64,000 bases of DNA from Octopus vulgaris (GCA_951406725.2 OX597814.1:112344001-112408000); one strand, 5' to 3'. Positions 15,219 through 29,109 are shown, counted from the first letter of the stretch. Numbers and translations are program-made. Notes: generated by a model from the letters alone, not told the origin.

Positions 15219-15433
15219 GACACAGGAAAAACAAGGAGAGAAACAAGAAAAGAAAAAAACAAGGAGAGAAGAAAGGAGAGAAAACAAGGAGAGAGAAAAA
15301 AGTAGAGAAAAAATATATAGAAACATACATATATAGAAATATATATATATATACATACATGCATACATACGTACATACATATCTATATATGTATATATAT
15401 ATATATATATACATACATACATACACACACATA

Positions 15434-15467
<34 letters not shown>

Positions 15468-15524
15468 TTTTTTTGTACTTGTTTCAGTCATTTGACTGCG
15501 GCCATGCTGGAGCACCGCCTTTAG

Positions 15525-15690
15525 AGTGGTGAAAGAGTACAGCAGGGATCACCACCTCCTGCCGGAGCCTCGTGGAGCTTTTAGGTATTTTTTCGCTCAA
15601 TAAACACACACAACGCCCGGTCTGGGAATCGAAACCGCGATCCTCCGACCGCAAGTCCGCTGCCCTAACCACTAGGCCATTGCGCCTCCA
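15525..15690 (-). mobile_element. SINE family C (tRNA-Arg-like head), 5' part
   Basis: Reverse complement: ggcgcaatggcctagtggttagggcagcggacttgcggtcggaggatcgcggtttcgattccc, with A and B boxes. Confidence 0.8.
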
Positions 15691-16096
15691 TTGATATATA
15701 TATCAAAAGGATGTGTTATAATACTATTCCACATATACAAAAACAGCCACACTAACAATCCATCATACCTCCATCACCATCATCAGCTGCCACACGGATG
15801 TCATTATATAATGGCGGATTTTGTCCATGATGTAATCAAAGAATGCATCAATAATAAAACTCTGACGAAACAGCTGTTGTGAAGTTTGAATCCCAATTGT
15901 GCATGTGTGTGTGTGCGTATGTTTGCACGCGCGTACATGTGTATGTGTGTTTGCTTTTTACAAGGAAGAGGTTGATAGTGACTTAGAAATTTAATAATTA
16001 TAACAATAACATTAATAATGATGATGATGATGATGATGAGAATAATAGATTTAAAATGTGTGAAAATAACAAATGAGAACATACAACAATGATTTT

Positions 16097-16203
<107 letters not shown>

Positions 16204-16444
16204 CATATATATATATGTATGTATATATAAATGTATATATATGTATGTATTTTTTGTTTTTTATTTTATCTAGTTTCAGCTCAAGAGCTGTGGCCATACA
16301 TATATATATATATGCACACACACACATATATATATATATATACGTATATATATATATGTATGTATATATATATATGTATATATATGTATATATATACATA
16401 GATATATATATACACATACATAAGTGTATGTGTATATATGTATA

Positions 16445-16489
<45 letters not shown>

Positions 16490-16500
16490 TTATTTATGTA

Positions 16501-16545
<45 letters not shown>

Positions 16546-16785
16546 GATTTAATAATTTATATAATATATAAAAATGTTGGTTATTATACTTTTTTATATA
16601 ATTTTTAATATAAATTATTATCATCAAATTATATTGTAATTATTCAGCAAGTCCCGCCCAGTTTAATTTTGCCTTTCATCCTTTCGAGCTCGACAAAATA
16701 AAGTACCAGTCAAGTACTGGGGTCATCAGTTCCTATCGAGGGCCTTGTGTCGAAATATGGAATGCTATTATCATTTGTAATAATA

Positions 16786-16990
16786 TTTTCTTTATTGGCC
16801 ACCAGGGCCGAACGTCGAACAAAAAGGGACAGTACAAAACAAGGAACAAATGGGGCTCAGCACGAAAATGCGTGTAATAATTAACAAAATTAATCAATAA
16901 AATCCCCCCAAAGTGGGGGAGTTCTACCTAGGACCAACCAAGGAACCCTACACGTTTTGGTCACCCCGACCGCTAAGGGCCCCTCAAGCA
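16786..16990 (-). mobile_element. 3' UTR fragment related to the Tx1/L1-like LINE
   Basis: Ends ...ggccctggtggccaataaagaaa, as in 54603-54660(-). Confidence 0.45.
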
Positions 16991-17233
16991 AGTAAATAGC
17001 AACACTATTAAAAGGAAAAAAATATAATAAAAGGAGGAGGAGGAGGCCGGGGAGAGGAAAGCAACGGCAGCAGCAACGACGAGGACAACAAATAATAGAA
17101 TAACGACTTTTGATTGTCCATAGTTTATTGTAATAAATGAGCCCCCTGGATGGGGGAGGACTATGTGACAGGAAGCGAAACTGAACTGTCTAAACCAATT
17201 TCGTAAATCGAAACAGATAAAGTGATCATTCCC

Positions 17234-17310
<77 letters not shown>

Positions 17311-17779
17311 CGCTGCTGCTGCTGCTGCTGCACCAACGGCGACAGCAGAAGTCGCTTGCTAGGAACGTCTGTGTTGTCGCCTGACAATATACGGAGTTTC
17401 TGTGAGTCTGTGTATGTATGTGGGTGTGTTTGGGTGTGTATGTGCGCATATGTGGATACAGGTGTGGGTTTGTACTTGTGTGCGTGGATAGCTCTTGGGT
17501 ATGCAAAAGTGTTCGTGAGTGATCGTGTATGCGTGTGCATGTGTCTGCGTGCATGTGTGTGTATGACAGTAAGAAAGACGATATATATATATATATACAT
17601 ATATATATCTGTATAATGTGTATATAACCCTATATTATATGCTCTAGTGTATATGTACATGTGCATATGCAAACCGAATACAAAACGATATATATATATG
17701 TGTGTGTGTGTATGTATGTTATGTGTATGTATATATACATGTGTACGAGTATATATATGTATATGTGTGTGTGTACTTT

Positions 17780-17832
<53 letters not shown>

Positions 17833-18240
17833 GTATATATATGTGTGTACGCGTATATATATATATATAAATATATAAGTGTGTGTATGTGTGTGTGTTT
17901 GCGTGTGTGTGAGTGTGCGCGCGTGTTTGACCTATATGTCTTGAGCTTGTAAGTATGCTCGTATATGTCTGTGTGTAGATGTGTACGTGGTTTTCAAATC
18001 TAATCCATATCTAGTTTCTGATAAAGTTTTATATGTTCTAAATACATGTTCTAATTACGTGTGCCTGTGTGTGTGTGTGTAGTGTATGTGTGTGTTTGAG
18101 TTTGCGTTTGTGTGTGTATATACGCGTATTTATGTGCATTATATATAATACAATTGCTAGTATAGTTTATATATATATATGAATATATGGAAAAAAAAAT
18201 CAAGATAGAAAACGATAAAATAATTTTATAAAAAACATTT

Positions 18241-18276
18241 CAGTACCGGTTTCAGTCATTGTGACTTTTTCAACTG
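18241..18276 (-). ncRNA. Minimal type I hammerhead, U3-A8 core variant
   Basis: Reverse complement: cag-TTGAAAA-agtca caa tgact-GAAA-ccgg-TA-ctg; palindromic stem III accggt; short stem I. Confidence 0.55.
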
Positions 18277-19297
18277 TAACAAATAATTAAATTTAGAAAA
18301 ATTAAAAGAAAAGTTTTTTAAATAGAATATTTGTATAGTGTTCAAATACAAGTGGCATTTTCCTTGTTTCTGCCTGTCTCTGTCTCTTTCGTTTAATCTT
18401 GTGGGTTCAAGGTCCTTGAATATATATATGTATATAATGAAACAGCTTTGCTTTTAACCGTTATATTGAAGAGAGTTCTGAGTTGAATCTTTTTTACTCA
18501 ATTTTTTTTTAATATTCTACTTCGTTTTTGTATTTGGTTTGCAAGATTCCTGATGTGAATTCCTATGTTGTAACAAATCTTGCTGTACCTTGGGTGGGTC
18601 AATATGCCAATACTAATAACACTCGCACTGGCTTGACACCACTTCTTTATTGTTAGTCAATTGATTAGGCATACATACACACAGGCATATGTATGCATGT
18701 ATGTATGTATGTATGTATGTATGTATGTATGTATGTATGTATGTATTGGAATAACTCCGACATAAAACCTGCGGCTCAGTGGTTACCGATGATGTTGACT
18801 TGTTCTTTTCGCATTATGGCTGCTGTTGCTTAGTCAGTGCACAGCCTTTCATCACTTAAAAAAAAATCTTCTTGCACGGGCATTCAACGATAACAACATT
18901 GATTAAGCTTCGTGCAATGGCCATACTCGATAACGAGGGGGCAGCCACCATGTATGTATGTATGTATGTATGTATGTATGTATGTATGTATGTATGTATG
19001 TATGTATGTATGTATGTATGTATGCATGCATGCATGTATGTATGTATGTATGTATGTACAGATGAAGGGGTGGATGAATGAACGGAATTTGGTTGGATAG
19101 ATGGATAGATGGATGGATTAATGGATGGATGGATGCACTGATGTGTTGGGTGTATGAATGTACGCATGTATGCAGTATGCATAACTCTATACTCACATAT
19201 ACATTCATATTTATATACGTATACACACACACACACACACACACACATACGCTCACGAATACATATGCAGATTGTCTTATATATAGAAACATACACA

Positions 19298-22200
19298 ATC
19301 TAATTCTCTCACCCTTATTAATTAATTATAATTATGCTGCATTTATTTCTAAATGCTGTATTTTGTTTTCCGTGAGAGTTTGGCGCGCTGTTGGTTGGGG
19401 CATTTGAATTATAACGTCCGATGTAATCAATTGAACCGCACGCGTAATTATCGTTATGGTAAAATCTGGCGTGTGATTGAGTGGATTTCATCAAGATAGC
19501 CTTGGCTGAAGAGCTACAAATGGATTGCTGTAAGTAATATTACATTTAATTCATTAATAGCGAAACAATTGTCCCAAGATAATCTGTATTTTTGTTATTT
19601 TTTATTTGCCCTGTCCGTGTGAGCTAACAGTCGTACCGGCTTTCATGGGAAACATGTATTTTTCGTGGTTGAAACCTCTTGGATTAACTGGTGCTAGAGT
19701 GATCAATATAGTGAACACTCTCTTATATTTATTTTGTGAAAATATTATAATATGTTATAAAATATTATAATAATCCAGGTTTCTCGTAGCACTAGGCCAC
19801 TTGGTGTGGAATAAATATACTATTAAATTAGTATCTAATTCTCTCACCCTTATTAATTAATTATAATTATGCTGCATTTATTTCTAAATGCTGTATTTTG
19901 TTTTCCGTGAGAGTTTGGCGCGCTGTTGGTTGGGGCATTTGAATTATAACGTCCGATGTAATCAATTGAACCGCACGCGTAATTATCGTTATGGTAAAAT
20001 CTGGCGTGTGATTGAGTGGATTTCATCAAGATAGCCTTGGCTGAAGAGCTACAAATGGATTGCTGTAAGTAATATTACATTTAATTCATTAATAGCGAAA
20101 CAATTGTCCCAAGATAATCTGTATTTTTGTTATTTTTTATTTGCCCTGTCCGTGTGAGCTAACAGTCGTACCGGCTTTAATGGGAAACATGTATTTTTCG
20201 TGGTTGAAACCTCTTGGATTAACTGGTGCTAGAGTGATCAATATAGTGAACACTCTCTTATATTTATTTTGTGAAAATATTATAATATGTTATAAAATAT
20301 TATAATAATCCAGGTTTCTCGTAGCACTAGGCCACTTGGTGTGGAATAAATATACTATTAAATTAGTATCTAATTCTCTCACCCTTATTAATTAATTATA
20401 ATTATGCTGCATTTATTTCTAAATGCTGTATTTTGTTTTCCGTGAGAGTTTGGCGCGCTGTTGGTTGGGGCATTTGAATTATAACGTCCGATGTAATCAA
20501 TTGAACCGCACGCGTAATTATCGTTATGGTAAAATCTGGCGTGTGATTGAGTGGATTTCATCAAGATAGCCTTGGCTGAAGAGCTACAAATGGATTGCTG
20601 TAAGTAATATTACATTTAATTCATTAATAGCGAAACAATTGTCCCAAGATAATCTGTATTTTTGTTATTTTTTATTTGCCCTGTCCGTGTGAGCTAACAG
20701 TCGTACCGGCTTTCATGGGAAACATGTATTTTTCGTGGTTGAAACCTCTTGGATTAACTGGTGCTAGAGTGATCAATATAGTGAACACTCTCTTATATTT
20801 ATTTTGTGAAAATATTATAATATGTTATAAAATATTATAATAATCCAGGTTTCTCGTAGCACTAGGCCACTTGGTGTGGAATAAATATACTATTAAATTA
20901 GTATCTAATTCTCTCACCCTTATTAATTAATTATAATTATGCTGCATTTATTTCTAAATGCTGTATTTTGTTTTCCGTGAGAGTTTGGCGCGCTGTTGGT
21001 TGGGGCATTTGAATTATAACGTCCGATGTAATCAATTGAACCGCACGCGTAATTATCGTTATGGTAAAATCTGGCGTGTGATTGAGTGGATTTCATCAAG
21101 ATAGCCTTGGCTGAAGAGCTACAAATGGATTGCTGTAAGTAATATTACATTTAATTCATTAATAGCGAAACAATTGTCCCAAGATAATCTGTATTTTTGT
21201 TATTTTTTATTTGCCCTGTCCGTGTGAGCTAACAGTCGTACCGGCTTTCATGGGAAACATGTATTTTTCGTGGTTGAAACCTCTTGGATTAACTGGTGCT
21301 AGAGTGATCAATATAGTGAACACTCTCTTATATTTATTTTGTGAAAATATTATAATATGTTATAAAATATTATAATAATCCAGGTTTCTCGTAGCACTAG
21401 GCCACTTGGTGTGGAATAAATATACTATTAAATTAGTATCTAATTCTCTCACCCTTATTAATTAATTATAATTATGCTGCATTTATTTCTAAATGCTGTA
21501 TTTTGTTTTCCGTGAGAGTTTGGCGCGCTGTTGGTTGGGGCATTTGAATTATAACGTCCGATGTAATCAATTGAACCGCACGCGTAATTATCGTTATGGT
21601 AAAATCTGGCGTGTGATTGAGTGGATTTCATCAAGATAGCCTTGGCTGAAGAGCTACAAATGGATTGCTGTAAGTAATATTACATTTAATTCATTAATAG
21701 CGAAACAATTGTCCCAAGATAATCTGTATTTTTGTTATTTTTTATTTGCCCTGTCCGTGTGAGCTAACAGTCGTACCGGCTTTCATGGGAAACATGTATT
21801 TTTCGTGGTTGAAACCTCTTGGATTAACTGGTGCTAGAGTGATCAATATAGTGAACACTCTCTTATATTTATTTTGTGAAAATATTATAATATGTTATAA
21901 AATATTATAATAATCCAGGTTTCTCGTAGCACTAGGCCACTTGGTGTGGAATAAATATACTATTAAATTAGTATCTAATTCTCTCACCCTTATTAATTAA
22001 TTATAATTATGCTGCATTTATTTCTAAATGCTGTATTTTGTTTTCCGTGAGAGTTTGGCGCGCTGTTGGTTGGGGCATTTGAATTATAACGTCCGATGTA
22101 ATCAATTGAACCGCACGCGTAATTATCGTTATGGTAAAATCTGGCGTGTGATTGAGTGGATTTCATCAAGATAGCCTTGGCTGAAGAGCTACAAATGGAT

Positions 22201-22945
22201 TGCTGTAAGTAATATTACATTTAATTCATTAATAGCGAAACAATTGTCCCAAGATAATCTGTATTTTTGTTATTTTTTATTTGCCCTGTCCGTGTGAGCT
22301 AACAGTCGTACCGGCTTTCATGGGAAACATGTATTTTTCGTGGTTGAAACCTCTTGGATTAACTGGTGCTAGAGTGATCAATATAGTGAACACTCTCTTA
22401 TATTTATTTTGTGAAAATATTATAATATGTTATAAAATATTATAATAATCCAGGTTTCTCGTAGCACTAGGCCACTTGGTGTGGAATAAATATACTATTA
22501 AATTAGTATCTAATTCTCTCACCCTTATTAATTAATTATAATTATGCTGCATTTATTTCTAAATGCTGTATTTTGTTTTCCGTGAGAGTTTGGCGCGCTG
22601 TTGGTTGGGGCATTTGAATTATAACGTCCGATGTAATCAATTGAACCGCACGCGTAATTATCGTTATGGTAAAATCTGGCGTGTGATTGAGTGGATTTCA
22701 TCAAGATAGCCTTGGCTGAAGAGCTACAAATGGATTGCTGTAAGTAATATTACATTTAATTCATTAATAGCGAAACAATTGTCCCAAGATAATCTGTATT
22801 TTTGTTATTTTTTATTTGCCCTGTCCGTGTGAGCTAACAGTCGTACCGGCTTTCATGGGAAACATGTATTTTTCGTGGTTGAAACCTCTTGGATTAACTG
22901 GTGCTAGAGTGATCAATATAGTGAACACTCTCTTATATTTATTTT
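19298..22945 (+). mobile_element. Tandem array of 535-nt hammerhead-containing units (6 full + 438-nt partial); non-LTR retrozyme-like
   Basis: taattctctcaccc recurs at 19301, 19836, 20371, 20906, 21441, 21976 and 22511 (period 535). Copies are identical by eye except C>A at 20179. No long internal ORF; one HHR per unit. Confidence 0.92.
19501..19578 (+). ncRNA. Type I hammerhead ribozyme (copy 1 of 7; repeats every 535 nt)
   Basis: cttgg-CTGAAGA-gcta[41-nt extension aatggatt/aattcatt, tgtaa/ttaca]tagc-GAAA-caatt-GTC-ccaag. Stem I cttgg/ccaag, stem II gcta/tagc, palindromic mini stem III (acaattgt). Predicted cleavage after C19573, 20108, 20643, 21178, 21713, 22248 and 22783. Confidence 0.9.
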
Positions 22946-23048
22946 ATTACACATATATGTGTATACATACAGAAAGATTTGGTGATAAACAGACAGACAA
23001 ACAGAGAAATTAACGAAACGAAACGACAGATAGATAGATAGATAGATT

Positions 23049-23127
<79 letters not shown>

Positions 23128-23174
23128 CGCAAGCCCCGACACATTATTTTCTCTCCTTGTTTCTTTCTGTGGTC

Positions 23175-23210
23175 CTTTCTGTGGAAGAGCGTAGGCTCGA
23201 AACGTTAAAG
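23175..23210 (+). ncRNA. Minimal hammerhead-like motif (core CUGUGGA, A6U)
   Basis: cttt-CTGTGGA-a-gagc gtag gctc-GAAA-cg-TT-aaag inside a dispersed repeat (about 23140-23310). Confidence 0.5.
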
Positions 23211-23327
23211 ACTTTTTCACTTCCCGAGCGTTAAACTAATACATCTGTTTGTTGTTTACACCACCTGTCTTCGTCTTTTGCTCTCTTTTTTTTTGTGAAA
23301 TCTCCCCCTAGATAGATAGATAGATAA

Positions 23328-23402
<75 letters not shown>

Positions 23403-23403
<1 letters not shown>

Positions 23404-23684
23404 CTTTCTTTATTGGTCACACAGGGCTGAACACAGAGGGGACAAATACAAATGCAGAGCTTTTCTTTTCGAAAATGAAAAAAAAAAAAGGAAATATAAG
23501 AAAACAAAAGAAGTAAAGTTCCGATCAAAAGGGATCAGGAAAAAAACGATCAAAAGGGATCCTGTATCACAGAAGAATTTTAAAAATGTAAAAAGTAAAA
23601 TTAGGTTTATCCGTGGAATGAAAAACCAACGGAAAGACCACGGTAAACTTAAACAGGGAGGGAATAAACTCATGAGAGCAAAGT

Positions 23685-23685
<1 letters not shown>
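23403..23685 (-). mobile_element. 3' UTR fragment related to the Tx1/L1-like LINE
   Basis: Ends tttgtcccctctgtgttcagccctgtgtgaccaataaagaaag followed by (tatc)n. Confidence 0.45.
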
Positions 23686-23761
<76 letters not shown>

Positions 23762-23889
23762 CTTACAGGATCATGCTCAAAGTGGTTTCGTCACTCGCAT
23801 GCACTATCTTTGCTATATTCACCCACCTTTTTTTGAAACTTTCACGAGACAAAACCTGCCTCTCCATATAGATAGATAGATAGATAGAT

Positions 23890-23934
<45 letters not shown>

Positions 23935-24429
23935 CAGACAGACAGTCAACAGACACACATCGGATTTAACAATTTCTTAAAAGTCTACTCAATGTTCACC
24001 ACATTTGGTATTCCAACAACAAACACAATTCTGTCTGTGTATTCTTGAAACCTTGCACGTCTACCTTCCACTCTCACAAGACCGACAGATTTCCCATGAG
24101 GCCATAATGTTAAGCGTATTGTTCAACAGGCGGCGTCGTTACTATGAGATGCCCGGCAAGTTGATACGTCATTGTGCAAAGACGCAATAATTTACCGTTC
24201 CAAGATCGAGTGCCCTTCGCTTCTTTTAGCCTCTAACCGTCTGCTTTTTGCTGATAAACCGTTTGGTAAAGAGAATATCTTCAATGGAAGAAGAAACCGT
24301 TTGGGTAATTCATTGGTATTTTAAATGTTTTGCTTTCATTTGTTATTTTGTGATTAATAAATCCTTGCCTTTAGGATAACATAATGGTGTATGATCGTAA
24401 ACGCGCAAATATCTTATATATACATATAG

Positions 24430-24582
24430 GGGCACTCCGTCGGTTACGACGACGAGGGTTCCAGTTGATCCGATCAACGGAACAGCCTGCTCGTGAAATT
24501 AACGTGTAAGTGGCTGAACACTCCACAGACACGTGTACCCTTAACGTAGTTCTCGGAGAGATTCAGCGTGACAAAGCTGACC
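24430..24582 (-). mobile_element. SINE family C, 3' part
   Basis: ggcactccgtcggttacgacgacgagggttccagttgat is the reverse complement of the tail of the deleted copy at 61018-61147. Confidence 0.65.
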
Positions 24583-26006
24583 AGTGTTCACCTATTCACT
24601 CCTGTACGTGCCGTTTCTCACATGTAATATTATGTTTTGTTTCTGCACCGTCCTTCAGTACACCGTAAGCTATAGACTATAATCTATAGCAAATACAAAA
24701 CAACTTACTTTGAGGAGACGGCACATAGCATAGGGGAGCGAATAGGTGAACACTGGAGGGAGCTCAAATAAGAGAAAAGCCCTTTGTTGGGGGAGAGTGA
24801 CAAACTCAAGACACAAAGTCTTGTTTACGATGTTACTATAAAATCTCACCCACGCATGTATCCATGACACAACTGAGTTCATCCGGTAGTGTACCTGCCC
24901 GATTGCAGAGAAATGTAAGAGTTATAATCTGTCGCGCTTCACTTTGGTAATCTTCTCTCAATGCGTGAGCGGCCATGATAGCTTTTACTTTCAGACCTTG
25001 TCGACTCCCCAAAAAGCACTTTCAAAGAATTAAATCAATGCGGTTGCTATTTTTGTCACTGACATGGTTGTTTCTTTTGCCCGGACATGAAACAACCTGT
25101 ACTGGCTTCATGCAACCTCGTGCAAGCAAACAACACGCTAAGTGTAATAACATAAAATAAATTTGACTGTTATTTCTAGAAGATCTATGAACTTACCACA
25201 GGTTCCACCTATGTCTATGTTTTGTTTTATTAAATACAAGATATAAATTTTGATAGTATCATTCCCATCAACGCCTCTTTTATATTCACTTTCAAAGAAT
25301 ATATTCTACAGATATATAATAACCCAATATCGGCTTCAATATAGTGAACAACATATATGCAATATATACATATATACATGCATAGATACCTACGTACATG
25401 CATACATAATACATACATACACACACGTATATATATATGTGTGTGTGTATGTATTTATGCACTTACGTATGTATTGTTTTTTATGTTATATAGGCGTGTA
25501 TCTAACGTCTGCTTATTTCATTGTTTTGTTTTGTCAAATCAGCTAGAACCAATTTCATCACTGGAGATATTATACACCTTACAATCTGTAAAATATAACA
25601 TGAAATTAATTTTCAACTCAGTCTATACTACGTACACATACACACACAACATAAACAGATATAGATATACGTAAATATATAATATAATCTTTAACGTCCA
25701 TCCATATATATATATTGTATATTGTAAAATTTCTTTCAATCAAGATGTCTGACTGGCGATACAGACGACAGCATCGTCTGTTGAAAGTTTTCTAGTTTCA
25801 TCCAGTTTTGTTTTCACTGACCGAATTGAATTATTTATGGTCTCTGTCTTTACTCTCTTTGGTAAACATTAACGTTACATGTATATATATATATATGTAT
25901 TTGCACATATGTGTGGGTGAGTGTGAACTTACCTTCTTACCATATATGTATATATATGTATGTATGTATATATATACATATATATATATATGTATGTATG
26001 TATTAG

Positions 26007-26119
<113 letters not shown>

Positions 26120-26889
26120 CACCCCGCCATATACACGGTATCATATATTTTTTATCGAGCAAAATGTAAATCGTAATGTTATCTCATCGTCGCCAGTTGT
26201 TTTGTTTGTTATTTTTCCCCATTCCTAGTTTGCAGTTCTGAATCATTTCTTTGGTTTAAAACTCAAAGATGTTTACACATCTCCGCCATATTTGCTGGTG
26301 TTTTATCTTTCCTTATGATATCACACCGGGTTTTCTTCTCATTTCTTTTGTCTTAACAAACATGTCCTCAACCTTATCAATTTGCCCCAGACATTGTCTG
26401 CTTCGTTTGTTTATGCCACTTGCTATCTTTTATTATGATATGGTCTTTTGGAAAGGCGTTGAGCTAGAAGAATCGTTAGCGCGTCGGACAAAATGCTTAG
26501 CAGTATTCTTTCTCTTTCCGTTCTTATCTGAAAATTCCGTCGTGGCCGACTTTGCCTTTCATGGTCTTAGGATTGATAAAACAATCACCAGTTGGGCCCT
26601 GGGATCGATTTAATCTATTTGCCCCTGCCCTGAAATTATTTGACTTGCACGTGTGTACGTCCAAGTAACCTAGCGGTTCGGCGAAACAGACCGATAGAAT
26701 AAGTATCGGACTATAAAAATACTAAGTACCGGGGTCGATCCATTTGACTAAAAAGTCTTCAAGGCGGTGCCACAGCATGGCCGCTAATGACTGAAAGAAT
26801 TAAAAGAAAAAAGTTTAAGCAAGTTTTGACCTTTATTAGGCTCTCATCAGGGCTATATGACGAGCTCTCCAATATTTATGCATAGCAAA

Positions 26890-27103
26890 GGCGGCTAGCT
26901 GGCAGAAACTTTAGCACGCCGGGTGAAATGCTTAGCAGTATTGTGTCTGTCTTTACGTTCTGAGTTCAAATTCTGCCGAAGTCGACTTCGCCTTTCCTCC
27001 TTTCAGGGTCGATAAATTAAGTATCAGTTTTGTACTGAGGTGGATCTAATCGACTGATCCCATCCCTCAAAATTTCAGGCCTTGTGTCTGGAGTAGTAAA
27101 GAA
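26890..27103 (+). mobile_element. SINE family B with probable TSD
   Basis: Full copy; aatatttatgcatag present on both sides (26871-26885, 27102-27116). Older copy at 26455-26640. Confidence 0.82.
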
Positions 27104-28489
27104 TATTTATGCATAGTAACATCTCATATATGTATCTATAACGAGCTCTTTGTAAAATCGGTAACCAACTTTTACAATATATCATTGCTTATTTTCAATC
27201 TTTCTTTTCAAACATTCTTGATAAAAATATCAAGTTAAGTAGCATATAATTCTTTTTGTGCCATGGGACGGTCATTACACCAATGATAATAACACACGCA
27301 CCAGTTCAATATCACTTCTTTATTGTTAGTCAATTTCTTAAATATCTAACCATACTAACTAAGCGATCGTTTGTTGCCGGTTAAGCAATCAATCGGTTGT
27401 TTGTCAGTCTTTTCGTCACTATTCGCGATCTTCTCAGTGACTTGCCCTCTCCTATCATGGTGACTAACAATAAAGAAGTGATATTGAACCAGTGCATGTG
27501 TTACCGTTGGTGTAGTGACTCTCCCAAGACACAAAAGGCTTTGTTTCAACAAGCGAATTCACATCAAATACCAAATACCAAATACAAAAACGAAATAACA
27601 TAATTATTCACCAGGCTTTAACGACCTCACATTTATGTAAAAGTGCCATCACCTTGCGTTAGTTTATAGTCATAGCTATTCTCTCCCCCCTCTCTCTCTC
27701 TCTCTCTCTCTCATTCACAGGGTTCACCGCAGGTCATTCTATTCATCCTTGCTCTATGAAGAAGCGATATTTCTAAAGCTGTTTTCTCACAGTTAACCTA
27801 TTATACCCGGTAATAGCTAATAACCCTTAGATTTTTACCTTTGAAGAGACAACACGCTCTGTTGCTTCCACTGTTGTTCCATGTTTCGAAAGCCAGTTAG
27901 AAACTATTCTTTAACTGCTGTAGAGAAATGTCTTTGTTCAAAGACGTTATGTCAATTCCAGTGTTCCATGGAAGACATTTATTCTGCTTTATGTCTTTCA
28001 TTCTCTTCAGTTCTTCCTAACGATCCATTTACAACCTACTCAATGAAAAACATTTAGATTTTTGTCTCTTTTCGATATTCTTTTAGGTTTTTTTCTTTTT
28101 TTTTTTATAACAGATAATATCTTTTTCCCCTCTCGATATTTGTGATATATAAAATGAAATCGAAGAAGGATATTTTCATTTTCATTTTAATTTAATTTTA
28201 TATGTTTTTGCACATTTTAGTGGAATCGTTTACAGATTCGACGAATGGAAATCAATTTATCTTTTCTATGTTTGTGAAAATTAATTTTTCAAAAATCAGT
28301 GTTCAGATATTTTGTTATAAAACCGAACTACTGACTCAAAGTACAAATTATCTTAACCCTTTTACTGCTCCTATATATCACGTGATATCACAGTTTTGAG
28401 AAAATTCGTCGAAATTTCGTTGGAAAATTCGCCATAACAAATTTCGTTTTAAATGACCTCATCGCTCTTTTAATTCATTTTTTCCCTTT

Positions 28490-28797
28490 CCTTGTTTCAG
28501 TTAGTTGACTGCGACCATGCTGGAGCACCGCCTTAAAGAGTTTTAGTCGAAAAAATCTACCCCGAAGACTTATTCTTTGTAAGCCTAATACTTATTCTAT
28601 CGGTCTCTTTTGCTGACGCGCTAAGTTACGGTATCGTAAATACACCAGCATCGGTTGCCAAGCGATGGTGGGGGATAAAAACAGACACACAAATACATAT
28701 CGTACAAAACCACTTGCCCAAGAGGCCACGCAGTGAGACTGAACCCGAAACCGTGTGGTTGGGAAACAAGCTTCTTACCACACCTTGCACAGCCACG
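28490..28797 (-). mobile_element. SINE family A, partial
   Basis: Reverse-complement head and tail match 45563-45978. Confidence 0.75.
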
Positions 28798-28990
28798 AAA
28801 AATTTTCATTTTATTCCTAGACATAATTATAATGGTGAAAGTGCGTGGGCTAGTGATTAGCGTTTATGTATGTATGTATGTCATTATTCAGTTTTATTTC
28901 AAGATTTCTTGCCAATTGAGAAAGAGCCGGTTTCTAACATAGGTATAAGGGTCCTTCATTGGAATTTCAACATCAACAACAGGGTATTTT

Positions 28991-29022
<32 letters not shown>

Positions 29023-29109
29023 TGTATGTATGTATGTATGTATGTATGTGTGTATGTATGTATGTATGTATGTATGTATGTATGTATGTGTGTATGTATG
29101 TATGTATCT

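Noticed and set aside
15620-15690. Functional tRNA-Arg gene
   Set aside because: No proper acceptor stem, continues into a SINE body, and has diverged copies at 56820 and 61018.
19298-22945. CRISPR array, rDNA/snRNA cluster or coding repeat
   Set aside because: No unique spacers, no recognisable 5S/snRNA/tRNA similarity, and no long ORF within the units; no convincing TSD at the ends either.
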